A stretch of DNA of 56,444 nt from an uncultured delta proteobacterium (GCA_963840855.1 CAWJBB010000006.1:1-56444); one strand, 5' to 3'. Shown: positions 39,229-49,665, counted from the first letter of the stretch. The notes: generated by a model from the sequence alone, not told the origin. A program made the numbers and translations.

Positions 39229-40248
39229 ATGCCCGTCAAAATCAAGCCACCAGCTCTTTGTTTCGCTCTGATAATCTGGTTTGGCATCGGCACCGGCGCG
39301 CTGCGCGGCGCCGAACCGCAGCTCATCGAGCGCGCCAAGAAGGAAGGCACGTTCTTACTTTACACGTCGATGAACACGCCCGACGTCAACCAGCTCTTCG
39401 ACGGTTTTCGCCAGCGCTATCCTTTTGTTGCGCCCAAGTCCTATACCACCAGGAGCGCCGCGTTGCTCGAGAGAGTCATCACCGAGGCTCGCGCCGGCAA
39501 ACATTTCGCCGACGTGATTCAGGGCAATGCCTTCACGCTCTTTCTACTCGGGAAAAGGGGCCATCTGGAGCCCTACGCTTCTCCGGAAGCCAGGTCTTTT
39601 CCCGACTCTTACCGGGATCCGGCGGGAACCTGGATTGCCGCCTATCTGCAATTGAACGTCATCGGTTACAACACCAAACTCATCCCCAGGTCGGACGCGC
39701 CCAAGGGTTATGAAGACTTGCTGGCGCCCAAGTGGAAAGGGAAAATGGGTCTCGATGACAAGCAGTACATCTGGTTCGACGGCCTGCTAAAAGTCATGGG
39801 ACGGGAAAAGGGACTCGCCTACACGAGGAAATTGGCGACCCAGGCGATTCATTTTCGCAGCGGCAACACACTGCTCGCCAATCTGCTCGCGGCCGGGGAG
39901 TTTGGCCTGCTCATCAATGCGCGGCCGGACAGCATCGACGAACTCAAGCAGAAGGGCGCGCCGGTTGAATGGGTTGCGCCCCGGCCCACAACGGCCAACG
40001 TGCTGCCCATCGCCATCGCTAAAAACGCGCAGCATCCGTATGCAGGCAAACTGTTCATGGACTACATGCTGTCCGAAGAGGGGCAAAAGCGCTTGAGCAC
40101 CATGGGTCGAACTGTGGCCCGGCCCGGCATCGCGGCCGCCAACCCCCGCCTGTCACAGGGCTTGGAAATAGCCGTAAATGATCCAGGAATGGCCGAGCGG
40201 TTCGATCAGGTCGTGGATCTTTACAAACAGGTTTTTGGCGTGCCGTAA
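39229..40248 (+). CDS. Extracellular solute-binding protein (Fe3+/AfuA-like)
   Basis: AKKEG..LYTSM, YNTKLI..PKGYEDLLAPKWKG, HPYAGKLFMDYMLSEEGQ. Confidence 0.9.
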   Translation: MPVKIKPPALCFALIIWFGIGTGALRGAEPQLIERAKKEGTFLLYTSMNTPDVNQLFDGFRQRYPFVAPKSYTTRSAALLERVITEARAGKHFADVIQGNAFTLFLLGKRGHLEPYASPEARSFPDSYRDPAGTWIAAYLQLNVIGYNTKLIPRSDAPKGYEDLLAPKWKGKMGLDDKQYIWFDGLLKVMGREKGLAYTRKLATQAIHFRSGNTLLANLLAAGEFGLLINARPDSIDELKQKGAPVEWVAPRPTTANVLPIAIAKNAQHPYAGKLFMDYMLSEEGQKRLSTMGRTVARPGIAAANPRLSQGLEIAVNDPGMAERFDQVVDLYKQVFGVP

Positions 40249-40368
40249 GAAAATCGGGTTCAACGTTCAAGCCGTTAAATACCCTTCATGCTTCGCCTCC
40301 GTGCACGATCAAGTTGTCGCCCGAGGATGTCACGAACAGAATCTTTACCTAACAGCCCAGACCTATAA

Positions 40369-41388
40369 ATGGCGAGAAAAACCATCGCGCTCATTTTCCT
40401 GTTCTGCGTGATCGCGCCCGGGCCCTTGGCGCCGCATGTGTGGGCGCAAGAAAGTAAATTGGAGCGGCTGGTGGTTTCCTACGCCGGGATAACCGGCGGG
40501 CGGGGACCCCTATGGATCGCCAAGGAGCTGAGGCTTTTCGAAAAGCATGGCTTAGATGCAAGGCTGGTTCACATCACCGCGGGGACGACTTCGATCAATG
40601 CCCTGATAGCCGGCGACGTCGACATGGCGATCACAACTTCCTCGGCCACCATCGCGGCCGCCGCCCGGGGCGCTCCGGTGACGATCATTGCGACCAACGG
40701 CTCTCCGGCCTACAAATTGGTTGCCCACCCATCCCTGACCTCTGCCGCGCAATTGAAAGGCAAGGTTGTCGGAAGCAGCCAGCTCGGCTCGGGTGCGGAT
40801 TTTGCCTTGCGCAAGCTTCTGCCCAAACTTGGCCTGACCCCGGGTCAGGACGTCACGATCTTGCCCACCGGCCTGAGCGAATCACACAAGCGGATATTGC
40901 TGATATTTCAGGGGCGGATCGACGCCACCCTTGGCACCTTCGAAAACGTTCTTCAGCTCGAATTGAGCGGGCAAAAGGTGAGCGTCTTGGCCGATCTAAA
41001 GGAGATGGGGGTTCACGTCAGCGGCACCGATATCTCCGCGACGAACCAGTTTTTGAGAAGCTACCCGCATAGAGCAAAGGCGTTCCTTAAAGCCTTTAGC
41101 GAGGCAGTCTGGACCGGAATTTACAACAAGGAGATTGTCGACCACGTCTTCCGCAAGTATCTGAAGATTGAAAACGCGAAGCTCTTGGACGCCATGCATA
41201 GGAGCTATTTCGTGGCGGGAAACATTCCCCACAAGCCTTACCCGCAGCCGGAGGTTATTCAATCTGATTTAGAGTACTTGAGTATTGCCAATCCGGCGTT
41301 GAAGGGCAAAAAACCCGCGGACTTGACCGATACGACACTGTTGCGCGAAATCGAAAGCGAGGGCTTCTTCGCCCGGCTGCAGCGATAG
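40369..41388 (+). CDS. SsuA/NMT1/THI5-like substrate-binding protein
   Basis: LWIAKELRLFEKHGLD, ALIAGDVD, LKGKVVG. Confidence 0.85.
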   Translation: MARKTIALIFLFCVIAPGPLAPHVWAQESKLERLVVSYAGITGGRGPLWIAKELRLFEKHGLDARLVHITAGTTSINALIAGDVDMAITTSSATIAAAARGAPVTIIATNGSPAYKLVAHPSLTSAAQLKGKVVGSSQLGSGADFALRKLLPKLGLTPGQDVTILPTGLSESHKRILLIFQGRIDATLGTFENVLQLELSGQKVSVLADLKEMGVHVSGTDISATNQFLRSYPHRAKAFLKAFSEAVWTGIYNKEIVDHVFRKYLKIENAKLLDAMHRSYFVAGNIPHKPYPQPEVIQSDLEYLSIANPALKGKKPADLTDTTLLREIESEGFFARLQR

Positions 41389-41395
41389 GCTCAAT

Positions 41396-41486
41396 GGTTC
41401 AAGGTTCAACGTTCAATGTCCTCCCATCCCAACCTTGAACCGCGCCGAAGGCGCCACTTTGAACATTGAACCTTAAACTTTGAACC
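41396..41486. repeat. GTTCAAN/NTTGAAC heptamer inverted repeat between convergent genes (possible terminator)
   Basis: ggttcaaggttcaacgttcaatg ... ttgaacattgaaccttaaactttgaacc. Confidence 0.6.
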
Positions 41487-41488
41487 GC

Positions 41489-42262
41489 TTATAGGTGCAG
41501 GCTCTGCCGCTTGAGCAGTTCTTTATGGTAACGCCAGTCGGAATGCTCCCCGGTGGAACTTGGCCCCGTCATTCTATTGCGAAATCCCGATTTCCATCTG
41601 CGCTGATATTCCTCACTGTCCTGGCTGGGGATCGGCTTCGGCTCTCCGATCGCATAGGCAAGGTAGTTCATCCGCGCCAGTTCAAAGACATTTAACGAGA
41701 TCAACGTCGATTCCTCTACGCTTGCTCCAGCGGTCGTCATGCCGTGGCCGCGCAGCAGACAGACCTTCTTGTCGCTCATCGTTTTCATGAAATCTATTCC
41801 GAGCTCCTCATTGACGATGGTGACGCTGCGCGGGTAGACCGGAATTCCTTCCAACAGCAGCCGCAATCCCGGAGGATTATACGCCGCATAGATCGGCAGC
41901 AGTGGCTTTTCGCAAGCTGTGAGCAGCACCACCCAGTCCGGATGAGCATGGATGACGCTCATGATCTCGGGCCGCGCTCTGTATACCGCAAGATGCATCT
42001 CCGTTTCCGCAGGAGCATCCAGTCCTTTCGGCGCTTCCAAGACCTTTCCTTTCAGATCGATCGTAATGATGTCTTTCTCTCGCGCGAATTCCAACGCGGC
42101 TTCCTCCGGACCCTTGGATTTTATCAGGATCCGATCGCTGCCCGGGAGCCGCGCGCTGACATGGCCGAAGGCACCCCGAGTTACTCCCCGGTTTCCCAAA
42201 ATTCTGCACGATAGAGCAATTTTCTTTCTCAAGTCCTTGACGATTTGTCCTTTGGTCATCAC
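41489..42262 (-). CDS. Class II aldolase/adducin-family protein (possible aromatic decarboxylase)
   Basis: GHVSAR, ETEMHLAVYRARP, VIHAHP, LLRGHG. Confidence 0.88.
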   Translation of the reverse strand: MMTKGQIVKDLRKKIALSCRILGNRGVTRGAFGHVSARLPGSDRILIKSKGPEEAALEFAREKDIITIDLKGKVLEAPKGLDAPAETEMHLAVYRARPEIMSVIHAHPDWVVLLTACEKPLLPIYAAYNPPGLRLLLEGIPVYPRSVTIVNEELGIDFMKTMSDKKVCLLRGHGMTTAGASVEESTLISLNVFELARMNYLAYAIGEPKPIPSQDSEEYQRRWKSGFRNRMTGPSSTGEHSDWRYHKELLKRQSLHL

Positions 42263-42323
42263 TCCTCCTTAACTGTCGAGTTTGGCTGGGCGGGCGAGGT
42301 GATCGAGATGTCGCGCCGGCAAT

Positions 42324-43481
42324 TCAGACTGACGCGGGAACCTGGTGTGATAGGGTAATCTCGCGCCGTTCTTTAGAGGATTGCAAAATGGCGAGAACAA
42401 CTTCCAAGGTCGCCTTTCCCCACCTCCCGTCGGTAAAAAAAGAACGATTCTGCGTGACGGCTTCATGGAGCTTCAAGAGTTGCGCGCCGCGATCCAGAAA
42501 GGGCGGACAGGCAAGCTCCGCGCGGCCTTTTTCGGTGTAAATGTAAAGGCCGTCGGGCGACTGGCGCATATCGCCCTTTTCGCAACTGACCAAGGTCAGA
42601 CCATAGAAGGGCTGTTTTCGTTCGCCGCGCCGCTCCCGTCCTTCGGCTCTGAGCGGCCTGGAATACCCAACTGGCGGCTCAACGACCCCCGCCGGCCCAT
42701 CGGCGCCACGATCATCCGTGGAGGACGCATAACCCCCTTCGCCGATATTCCACGTCATTTCAGTCATGTCAAAAAAACCGTAACCATTAAACACGAGCGT
42801 CGCCGGTGTCCCGTCTTCGAACTCCAGTAAAGCGGTAAAGTTTCCCTCCGTGTCGAATTGGGAGTTCCAGCGCCCCGCGATGGCGCGTACTTTTTTTACC
42901 AGGCCGCCGCCGACACTGCGCACGACGTCAACCTGATGAGGCGCTTGCCGGTACACCACGCCGCCGCCTTTAGAGGTATCCACCTCGGCCGGCAGACGAG
43001 CGCTCTTAAGCCAGCCTTTATAATTCCAGGTGTTGATCTGGATCACGCGCCCCAGCTCGCCGTTCGAGATCACCTCCCTCATTTTGACGACGGGCGGGTC
43101 GTCGGCCTTGGAATGCATGAAGAGGTTCACCCCATACTTTTCGGCGGCGCCAATCATCGCGTCACACTCCGCCAGCGACAGGGCCATGGGCTTCTCGCAG
43201 ATCATGTGCTTGCCATGTTGCGCCGCCGCGATAACATGGGCGGCGTGAAATTCATTGGGCGTAGCAATCCACAGCGCGTCTACGTCGCTGCTCTTACACA
43301 TCGCTTCCACGCTCTCGAAAGTCCGAACCTCCGGGTTTTTTTTCCGAACCGACTCCTGCGCTTCTTTTCTGACATCCGCGACCGCCGTCAGCGTTACACC
43401 GGAAATCTTGCCGCAATCGCGGAGCACCGCGTGTCCCGCATTGCCGCAGCCCGCTATGCCCAGCCTGAGAGTCTGTCCCAT
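42324..43481 (-). CDS. Gfo/Idh/MocA oxidoreductase (phthalate dihydrodiol dehydrogenase-like)
   Basis: GIAGCGNAG, ATPNEFH, CEKPMA, GGGVVYRQAPHQVD. Confidence 0.88.
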   Translation of the reverse strand: MGQTLRLGIAGCGNAGHAVLRDCGKISGVTLTAVADVRKEAQESVRKKNPEVRTFESVEAMCKSSDVDALWIATPNEFHAAHVIAAAQHGKHMICEKPMALSLAECDAMIGAAEKYGVNLFMHSKADDPPVVKMREVISNGELGRVIQINTWNYKGWLKSARLPAEVDTSKGGGVVYRQAPHQVDVVRSVGGGLVKKVRAIAGRWNSQFDTEGNFTALLEFEDGTPATLVFNGYGFFDMTEMTWNIGEGGYASSTDDRGADGPAGVVEPPVGYSRPLRAEGRERRGERKQPFYGLTLVSCEKGDMRQSPDGLYIYTEKGRAELACPPFLDRGAQLLKLHEAVTQNRSFFTDGRWGKATLEVVLAILQSSKERREITLSHQVPASV

Positions 43482-43505
43482 GAATCCTCTAACGGGTATT
43501 CTTTG

Positions 43506-43625
43506 CTAGCGAACTGTAACGATTGGTTCGCGTCTAAGTAAGTGAACGGTCAAGGCACAAGCCGTTCGTGGTGAGGCTCTCGAACCATCAACGGCAAACG
43601 CTATGTAGCTGTTACAGTTCACCAG
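43506..43625 (-). mobile_element. MITE-like element copy 2 (inverted)
   Basis: Reverse complement begins CTGGTGAACTGTAACAGCTACATAGCGTTTGCC and ends GTTACAGTTCGCTAG. Confidence 0.75.
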
Positions 43626-43668
43626 TGTAGGTTAATCACTCTTCGGACGGCGAAATACCGTCGATTTC

Positions 43669-44811
43669 TCATCGCGATTTTCCGACTTCCCGCTCGCTGT
43701 CGGTAACCGTATGAAAATGAACGACCTGGTTTTTTTTCGGATCTCTGATCACTCCCAGAGGATCCCTGCCGCGCCTGACTTTATCGACCTCCGCTTTGAA
43801 CAGCTTTCGAAAGGCGATGATACCCTTATCCGCGCTGGCTAAATGTTCCTTGGTTCGGTCAAAAACCGCTCCCGCCGTCTCCCAGACCATATAATCCTGC
43901 ATCCAGACCCGTTCCATCTTATAAGTTCCGTCGTCATTCTTATAATACGAGGCGTATTCCACTGGGGGATCCTCGCGCTGCTCGATAAACGAACCGTCTT
44001 TGGATTCCAAAAAATACACCTCGAAAAAGAGCGTGCGGGTATCGTCCACCGGAACCCGGTACTGAAGATAGTGTTCTCTGCCATGGTGCTGTCTGAGCAT
44101 ATTGGGAAATACCAACGGATGTTGGTTGACCAGCGTGACCGCCCCGTTGCCGTTGCCCGCGTAGCGCTTCTTCATGATCCCATGTTCGAAGACCGCGAAT
44201 TCATACCTCGCGATTTCGATCCTCTCGTCCCCATGAATTGGTTTTCCTTTTCCCGCGCCGTGCAGATAATGGGTGTGTGTCGGGTCCACGGAATTCTCCA
44301 TCGGCTGAAGCCAATTGCACTCCAGGGCGGGAAGCACGACGATCCTGCGCTCGCCGTCATTTCTCGCCAAGACATCGTATCTTGGCAATAGCGGCGCCGG
44401 TTTGGGGCCCAGATACGCGTAGAGGAGACCCGCCAATTTTTCCACCGGATAAGCCGGCTGCCGCACGCGGTTTTTATAGGTGCTCTCTGGTGGCTCCGCG
44501 GGCTGCTCGACACACCTTCCCTGCCGGTCAAAGAGCCAGCCGTGATACGAGCACCTGAGGTTCGCTCCCTCGATCCTGCCGTAGGCCAGAGAGGCGCCCC
44601 TGTGGGGGCAGCGCTCCGCCACCAAACCATAATGGCCGTCTTCACCTCGGTAAAGCACCAGGTCTTCGCCAAGGATGCGGATACGCTTGATGGGATTTTC
44701 CTTGAGCTCCGCGGCAACACAGACAGGTTGCCAATAGCGGCGCAACAGCTCGCCGGCCGGAGTTCCCGGACCGACATGGGTCAATCTCTCGTTCTCTTTC
44801 CGGCTCAACAT
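43669..44811 (-). CDS. Rieske non-heme iron oxygenase alpha subunit (phthalate 4,5-dioxygenase-like)
   Basis: N-terminus LTHVGPGTPAGELLRRYW; CPHR...CSYH; ENSVDPTHTHYLH; QD; EHLASADKGI. Confidence 0.9.
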   Translation of the reverse strand: MLSRKENERLTHVGPGTPAGELLRRYWQPVCVAAELKENPIKRIRILGEDLVLYRGEDGHYGLVAERCPHRGASLAYGRIEGANLRCSYHGWLFDRQGRCVEQPAEPPESTYKNRVRQPAYPVEKLAGLLYAYLGPKPAPLLPRYDVLARNDGERRIVVLPALECNWLQPMENSVDPTHTHYLHGAGKGKPIHGDERIEIARYEFAVFEHGIMKKRYAGNGNGAVTLVNQHPLVFPNMLRQHHGREHYLQYRVPVDDTRTLFFEVYFLESKDGSFIEQREDPPVEYASYYKNDDGTYKMERVWMQDYMVWETAGAVFDRTKEHLASADKGIIAFRKLFKAEVDKVRRGRDPLGVIRDPKKNQVVHFHTVTDSEREVGKSR

Positions 44812-44863
44812 CGTAAACCCCTCCGGCGCGAATTCCTTGGCAGTTTGCCGAAAAAATCTCTTT

Positions 44864-44995
44864 GCAGGCTGCTCAAAAAGATCTCAGATGCGAGGCGCGC
44901 GAGAAATCGACGAGCGGAGGCGTACGTCATCAGCAGTACGTTGGAGCGAGGCGATTGAGCGCAACGAAGCATATGGGTCTTTTTCAGCAGCGTGC
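44864..44995. mobile_element. MITE-like element with GCAGGCTGCTCAAAAAG / CTTTTTCAGCAGCGTGC termini
   Basis: Imperfect 17-bp terminal inverted repeats, non-coding; ends resemble IS5/IS1182-type TIRs (inference). Confidence 0.6.
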
Positions 44996-46134
44996 TAGCG
45001 TTTCACTATTCCCTTATACAATTTCAGCACTTCGTCCGCATCCATGCGATCCGGCGTAAACATGGGAACATACTCGGTGCCTTTTTTGCGCCTATAGGGC
45101 GCGGGAATAGGGTCTTTAGGGATATCCTCGCGCATCGACTCGGCTTGGTCCAACGGAGTATTCATAATTTCTTGAAAAATCGTCTGCCCCTCTCGGGAGA
45201 GAAACCAGTTAACAAAAACCTTAGCCGCATTGGGATGGGGCGCTTGCTTCATCAGAGCCAGGGTTCCGTTGGGTCCACTATAAAGCGTAACCGGCTCTTT
45301 CAAATTTTCGGTAGGAAGCTCATCCAACGGCAGTCCCTGTTTTTTCGCCTCCGGAATACCCGTCACGAAAAAACCCAGGGCAAATTTCCCCGTCGCCAGC
45401 CAATCCGTAGCTTGGCGGTCGTCCCGGCTAAAGGTGATGTCCATCTCGGTTAGAAAACGGCGCACGAATTCAGCTCCGAGCTGGGGATTATAGTAGAGCT
45501 GGCGCCAACCGCCGCTCGATTCGTTGGGATCGATGGCGACAATCTTGCCTTTCCACTTGGCTCTTAGAATATCCCAGTACGAGCTGAACTCGGCCGGCTT
45601 GGCCAGATGGGTGTTGTAGAAGACGCGCGATCCAGCCGGCTCGCCCCTATAGACGTGAATAAATTTAGCTTCGTCGTCCTGAAAATGGTGTCTTCCTTGC
45701 CACCATTTGGATTCATCGGCGACCTCGGGCAAAAGAAGCGCTGGTTTGAGCGGCTCCAGAGCATTTTGCCTGTACAGGACCTTATACGGCGAAGTCACGC
45801 CGCAGAGGCAAACATCGGCGAGGTATTTTCCAGCCCGCATTTCGCTGATAATACGCAGGATGAAATTCGAGCCGCGACTCCCCACCGCGTTGACCGGAAT
45901 ATCCGGATACCTTTTGTTGAAGGCCAGAATGGCTTTTTCGAGGTTGCCTCCCTGCCAGAAGTAGACAACCACCTTGCCTTCCTTTTTAGCCGCCTCCCTG
46001 CTCTCGTCCCACTCCTCCTGCCACTTGGGCCGGGCCTCCCCGGCTTGAGCCGAAGTCGCTGCGAAAAAGTGCGGCAAGAGCATGAACGCGATCGCAAATA
46101 ACCGAAGTGCATCAATCACGACTCGCTGCTCCAT
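44995..46134 (-). CDS. Extracellular solute-binding protein (PBP2)
   Basis: AAKKEG, YWDILRAKWKGK, APHPNAAKVFVNWFLSREGQ. Confidence 0.9.
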   Translation of the reverse strand: MEQRVVIDALRLFAIAFMLLPHFFAATSAQAGEARPKWQEEWDESREAAKKEGKVVVYFWQGGNLEKAILAFNKRYPDIPVNAVGSRGSNFILRIISEMRAGKYLADVCLCGVTSPYKVLYRQNALEPLKPALLLPEVADESKWWQGRHHFQDDEAKFIHVYRGEPAGSRVFYNTHLAKPAEFSSYWDILRAKWKGKIVAIDPNESSGGWRQLYYNPQLGAEFVRRFLTEMDITFSRDDRQATDWLATGKFALGFFVTGIPEAKKQGLPLDELPTENLKEPVTLYSGPNGTLALMKQAPHPNAAKVFVNWFLSREGQTIFQEIMNTPLDQAESMREDIPKDPIPAPYRRKKGTEYVPMFTPDRMDADEVLKLYKGIVKR

Positions 46135-46250
46135 AAGCAATCCCCTTCCGCGCATACTCTGCGGAATAGCAGGGCGCTATGATACAAGAATGTTGCGAAG
46201 GGATTTTTCTCTAGACCGGATTCATGCAAATTGCCACGATAAAATCGTTA

Positions 46251-46631
46251 TCAGCCTTCGCCAGCTTCGGGTTTCGCCCCGACTGGAATAATCTCCAGGG
46301 GAATCCCGGCCGGGTCCCGGATTTTGAGCACCTTGCCGGGCTCACTGATGACTTTGCATCCGAATTTCCCGGCCTCCGCCGTGCTTTGGTCGACACTATC
46401 GACCTCGATGCCGAAATGATCGATGCAAGGCTTCTCGGCTGCTTTACCCGCCGATGGGTTCGCGGCGCGGGATTGATTAATGGCAATGTGCACGTTGCCG
46501 TCGCTTAGGTAACGCACGGTGCTGCGCACACCCGGAACTTTGATCTGCGTGAAACCGAAAACCTGGGCAAAAAAATCACTGGCCTTATCGATATCGTCAA
46601 CCTTCATGGCGAGATGAGCAATGCGCGGCAT
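46251..46631 (-). CDS. VOC/glyoxalase-family protein
   Basis: RIAHLAMKV, IDHFGIEVD, DPAGIPLEI. Confidence 0.88.
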   Translation of the reverse strand: MPRIAHLAMKVDDIDKASDFFAQVFGFTQIKVPGVRSTVRYLSDGNVHIAINQSRAANPSAGKAAEKPCIDHFGIEVDSVDQSTAEAGKFGCKVISEPGKVLKIRDPAGIPLEIIPVGAKPEAGEG

Positions 46632-46684
46632 ATTTTCCTCCTTGAGGTAATCCTCAATATTTAGACGGTTCGCAGTGTGCTTTT

Positions 46685-47872
46685 CTACAAACCGAGACTG
46701 TAGAGCTTATTGACGTTGTCGCGGCAAAGCTTGCGCTTGACCGCCGCGCCGGCCCCGGCAAACGTACGCTCTGCGATTTGCTGAGAACGCGGCCAAGTGC
46801 ATGCCGCGTGCGGGTAGTCGTTTGCCCACATGAAGTTGTTTTCACCGTAAATCGGCGTTGTCAAAACAGCCGCGCGGTCGTCCATAAAAGTAAACCAGAG
46901 ATTGCGTTTGAAGTACTCGCTCGGCGGCAACTCGAGTCTCATCTCCTCGCCAATAGTCGTGCCATGGGCTGTCTTCTTCGGACCGTATTGATAATCGACC
47001 TGCTGCACGATGATGCCGACCCAGCCGGCTTCAAATTCCGTACATACCACCTTGAGTTTAGGATGGCGGTCGAATAGGCCGGAGAAAATCATGTGGCCGA
47101 TGACGGTCTTGATCACGGTCTGGCGCGAGTGTTGAAAAAAACCGGGCCATTCATCCGCGCTGTTGAGCTTTTCAAACCAGCGCCTCGATGCGCCCCCCTG
47201 AAGCTGCCCGGAGTGGATGACGAGCAACATGTCCAAGTCTTCCGCAGCCGACCACAGCGGTTCGTAGAAGGGATTATAATATGCGCCATCCTTGATACCG
47301 GGCGGAATCTGTACTCCTTTGAATCCTAATGCGGCATATTCCCTCATATCCTCGACGGCCCTATCCATGTCCAAAATGGAAAGTAGCGGAATGCCTATCA
47401 AGCGCTTGGGATTGTAGCTGCAAAAATCTTTCAACCAGAAATTGTACGAGCGAAAGCAGGCGCGCTGAAACGGAGCATCGTTGAGCACATAAAAGATCCG
47501 CGCCCAGCTCGAAAAAAGCACCTCCGCCTCGACGTCGTCCCGATCCTGCTCTTTCAGGCGCGCGGCAGGTTGCCAGGAACCCGGATGATCCTCGTAGCGA
47601 AAGGTATCGCGAAATCGGCTGATGGTGTCGTCGTTGACCTGATCCACGGTCATGCCAGTCACGCCTTCTGGCTTGTCGACCAGAAATCCGACGGAGGGGT
47701 TGTAGCAAGGCGAGGGTTTAAGACCCTCTGTTACCAGCCAAAGCCCCTTCTTGTCCGGCAGATCGTTTACGACCCTCGGAGCGCGGTCACCATATTCCTT
47801 TTGCACCCTTTCCCAAGCCTCGGGCGGGTCGTTGAGGTGACCGTCAGATGAAATGAATTTGAAATCCGCCAT
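46685..47872 (-). CDS. Amidohydrolase_2-family protein
   Basis: ISSDGH, LVIH, FDRHPKLKVVCTE, MWANDYPH; GAGGAG RBS. Confidence 0.9.
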   Translation of the reverse strand: MADFKFISSDGHLNDPPEAWERVQKEYGDRAPRVVNDLPDKKGLWLVTEGLKPSPCYNPSVGFLVDKPEGVTGMTVDQVNDDTISRFRDTFRYEDHPGSWQPAARLKEQDRDDVEAEVLFSSWARIFYVLNDAPFQRACFRSYNFWLKDFCSYNPKRLIGIPLLSILDMDRAVEDMREYAALGFKGVQIPPGIKDGAYYNPFYEPLWSAAEDLDMLLVIHSGQLQGGASRRWFEKLNSADEWPGFFQHSRQTVIKTVIGHMIFSGLFDRHPKLKVVCTEFEAGWVGIIVQQVDYQYGPKKTAHGTTIGEEMRLELPPSEYFKRNLWFTFMDDRAAVLTTPIYGENNFMWANDYPHAACTWPRSQQIAERTFAGAGAAVKRKLCRDNVNKLYSLGL

Positions 47873-47900
47873 AGCGATGTTACTCCTCGTCAATAGAACT

Positions 47901-48302
47901 TCAGTCGATTGTTTTTGCGCCGCCTTTAGGTTGATACCTTCCCTCCGGGACAATTTCCATGATCGGTCCCCCCGGTATGCGAAATTTCACCGGCGCGGTG
48001 TTCGGGTCGCTCAGAATCTCACAGCCAAACTCCCTCACCTTGGCCACGTACTTGGGCAAATCGTCCACTTCGATGGCGAAGTGGTGAATGCATGGCTTCT
48101 GGCCAGCTGCTTGGGCCATATCGGAGTCCTCGTCGTCGTATTTGAGAAATGTCAAGTCGATGGCGCCGTCATCGACGCGGCGCCGAGATCGGTCTGGCGA
48201 TCTCGATTTTCCCTTCGAAATGAAACCAAAGGTCTTTTCGTAGAATTCGGCTGAGTCGTCGACTTTATCTACTTTAACAGCGATGTGACTGATGCGTGGC
48301 AT
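47901..48302 (-). CDS. VOC/glyoxalase-family protein
   Basis: RISHIAVKV, IHHFAIEVD; paralog of 46251..46631. Confidence 0.88.
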   Translation of the reverse strand: MPRISHIAVKVDKVDDSAEFYEKTFGFISKGKSRSPDRSRRRVDDGAIDLTFLKYDDEDSDMAQAAGQKPCIHHFAIEVDDLPKYVAKVREFGCEILSDPNTAPVKFRIPGGPIMEIVPEGRYQPKGGAKTID

Positions 48303-48315
48303 AGTTTCCTTCTCC

Positions 48316-49443
48316 TTATTTTCCCTTTTCAGCCATCGGAAAACCGTAGGCTTCCACTATTTTCTTTACCCATTGATCAAGGTTTTTCTGTGAGTCCCAG
48401 TTCAGATCGGAAAGCGGCTTACCGCGGATCATCGTGTGCAGCATCGACCCGGCAATGAACACCGAGCCATCCGCGGGACCATATTTATCGAGGATCTCTT
48501 GCCCCTCCGGCGCGACCTGAAACTCTATCCACAGCAGAGCCGCATGAGGACGAGTCGTCGTTCCAAAGACACCATCGGCGCTACCGAACCTGACCGGCAC
48601 AGGCTCCAACATTTGTAATTCCAGGCTCTTGGAAAGGTCCTTGGCTTTCGCTTCCAGGACACTCGAGAGATTCAAACCCATGAATACTGAATACTCTCCC
48701 AGCGCCATGGATGCCAGCGACCGACTGCCACGCACCCAAATCGGTTTCTGCTCGGCGATTTTTTTTGCAAAATCGAGGGTTTTTTCCAAACCCCATGCAG
48801 GTACCAGATTGGCTACCGAAAGCGGCCGCACGTCGACGAGGAATTTTCGGTCCTTGAATTCCGGCTTGAGGAAACCTTCCCAGGTCGTGGGCACTTTGTC
48901 GGGCGAGATCAGTTTTTTGTTATACGCCGCGACAGCGACCTGTGAGCCCTTGGAGACGATGTTCCGGTTGTTGGAGTCGACAATCGGCGCAGGGATGTTG
49001 AGCACGCCCTGCTCCGCCATGCCGAGGATATCGAATTTTTTCAAGTAGGGCGGGTATTCTGTATAAACTTGATTGGATATATGTACCGTATCCCAGCGTT
49101 TTGCGCGTCCGGCTTTCATCTCCAGGATGAAACGCGCATACTCCTCGGTGCCACCGATGCTTTCGGCGGATACGTCCTGTATGAACGGATATTTTTTCCT
49201 GAAGGCACTTATCATCGCCTTCTTGCCATCCGTCTCAAGGAACGTCAAAACCTCCAGCTTGCGTTCCTGTTTTGCCTTGGCGATGATCTCGTCTTTGTTC
49301 GTGATAAAGAGGTAACCCTTGGACTCGGCTTCCTGCTTCGCCTTAGACAAGCCTGGCGATACCGAGGCGGCGAACAAGCTCGAAACTGCTAACCAGCATG
49401 ACAGGCCGATGAGACAGCTTGCCAGATAAAAAATCTTCTTCAC
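48316..49443 (-). CDS. Extracellular solute-binding protein (PBP2)
   Basis: Paralog of 17483..18610; GTG start with GGAGG RBS. Confidence 0.9.
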   Translation of the reverse strand: MKKIFYLASCLIGLSCWLAVSSLFAASVSPGLSKAKQEAESKGYLFITNKDEIIAKAKQERKLEVLTFLETDGKKAMISAFRKKYPFIQDVSAESIGGTEEYARFILEMKAGRAKRWDTVHISNQVYTEYPPYLKKFDILGMAEQGVLNIPAPIVDSNNRNIVSKGSQVAVAAYNKKLISPDKVPTTWEGFLKPEFKDRKFLVDVRPLSVANLVPAWGLEKTLDFAKKIAEQKPIWVRGSRSLASMALGEYSVFMGLNLSSVLEAKAKDLSKSLELQMLEPVPVRFGSADGVFGTTTRPHAALLWIEFQVAPEGQEILDKYGPADGSVFIAGSMLHTMIRGKPLSDLNWDSQKNLDQWVKKIVEAYGFPMAEKGK

Positions 49444-49665
49444 CTTACCCTCCTGGACCTGCTGAGGCGCTCTTGTGCAGGCGCGTAAACATTGCCGACC
49501 TCGTGGTTGCCAATAACACAGCTGAAAAGAGAAGAAAAGTCACGGCGCATTCGGTAGTGGTTCAGTCTCAGAGATTTGTCGGGGCAGGTCCCCCGTGCCT
49601 GCATAAACGCGGCAGATTGCAATAGCCGGGCTTAGCCGACGAACCGACCTAAGATGATAGGGGAG

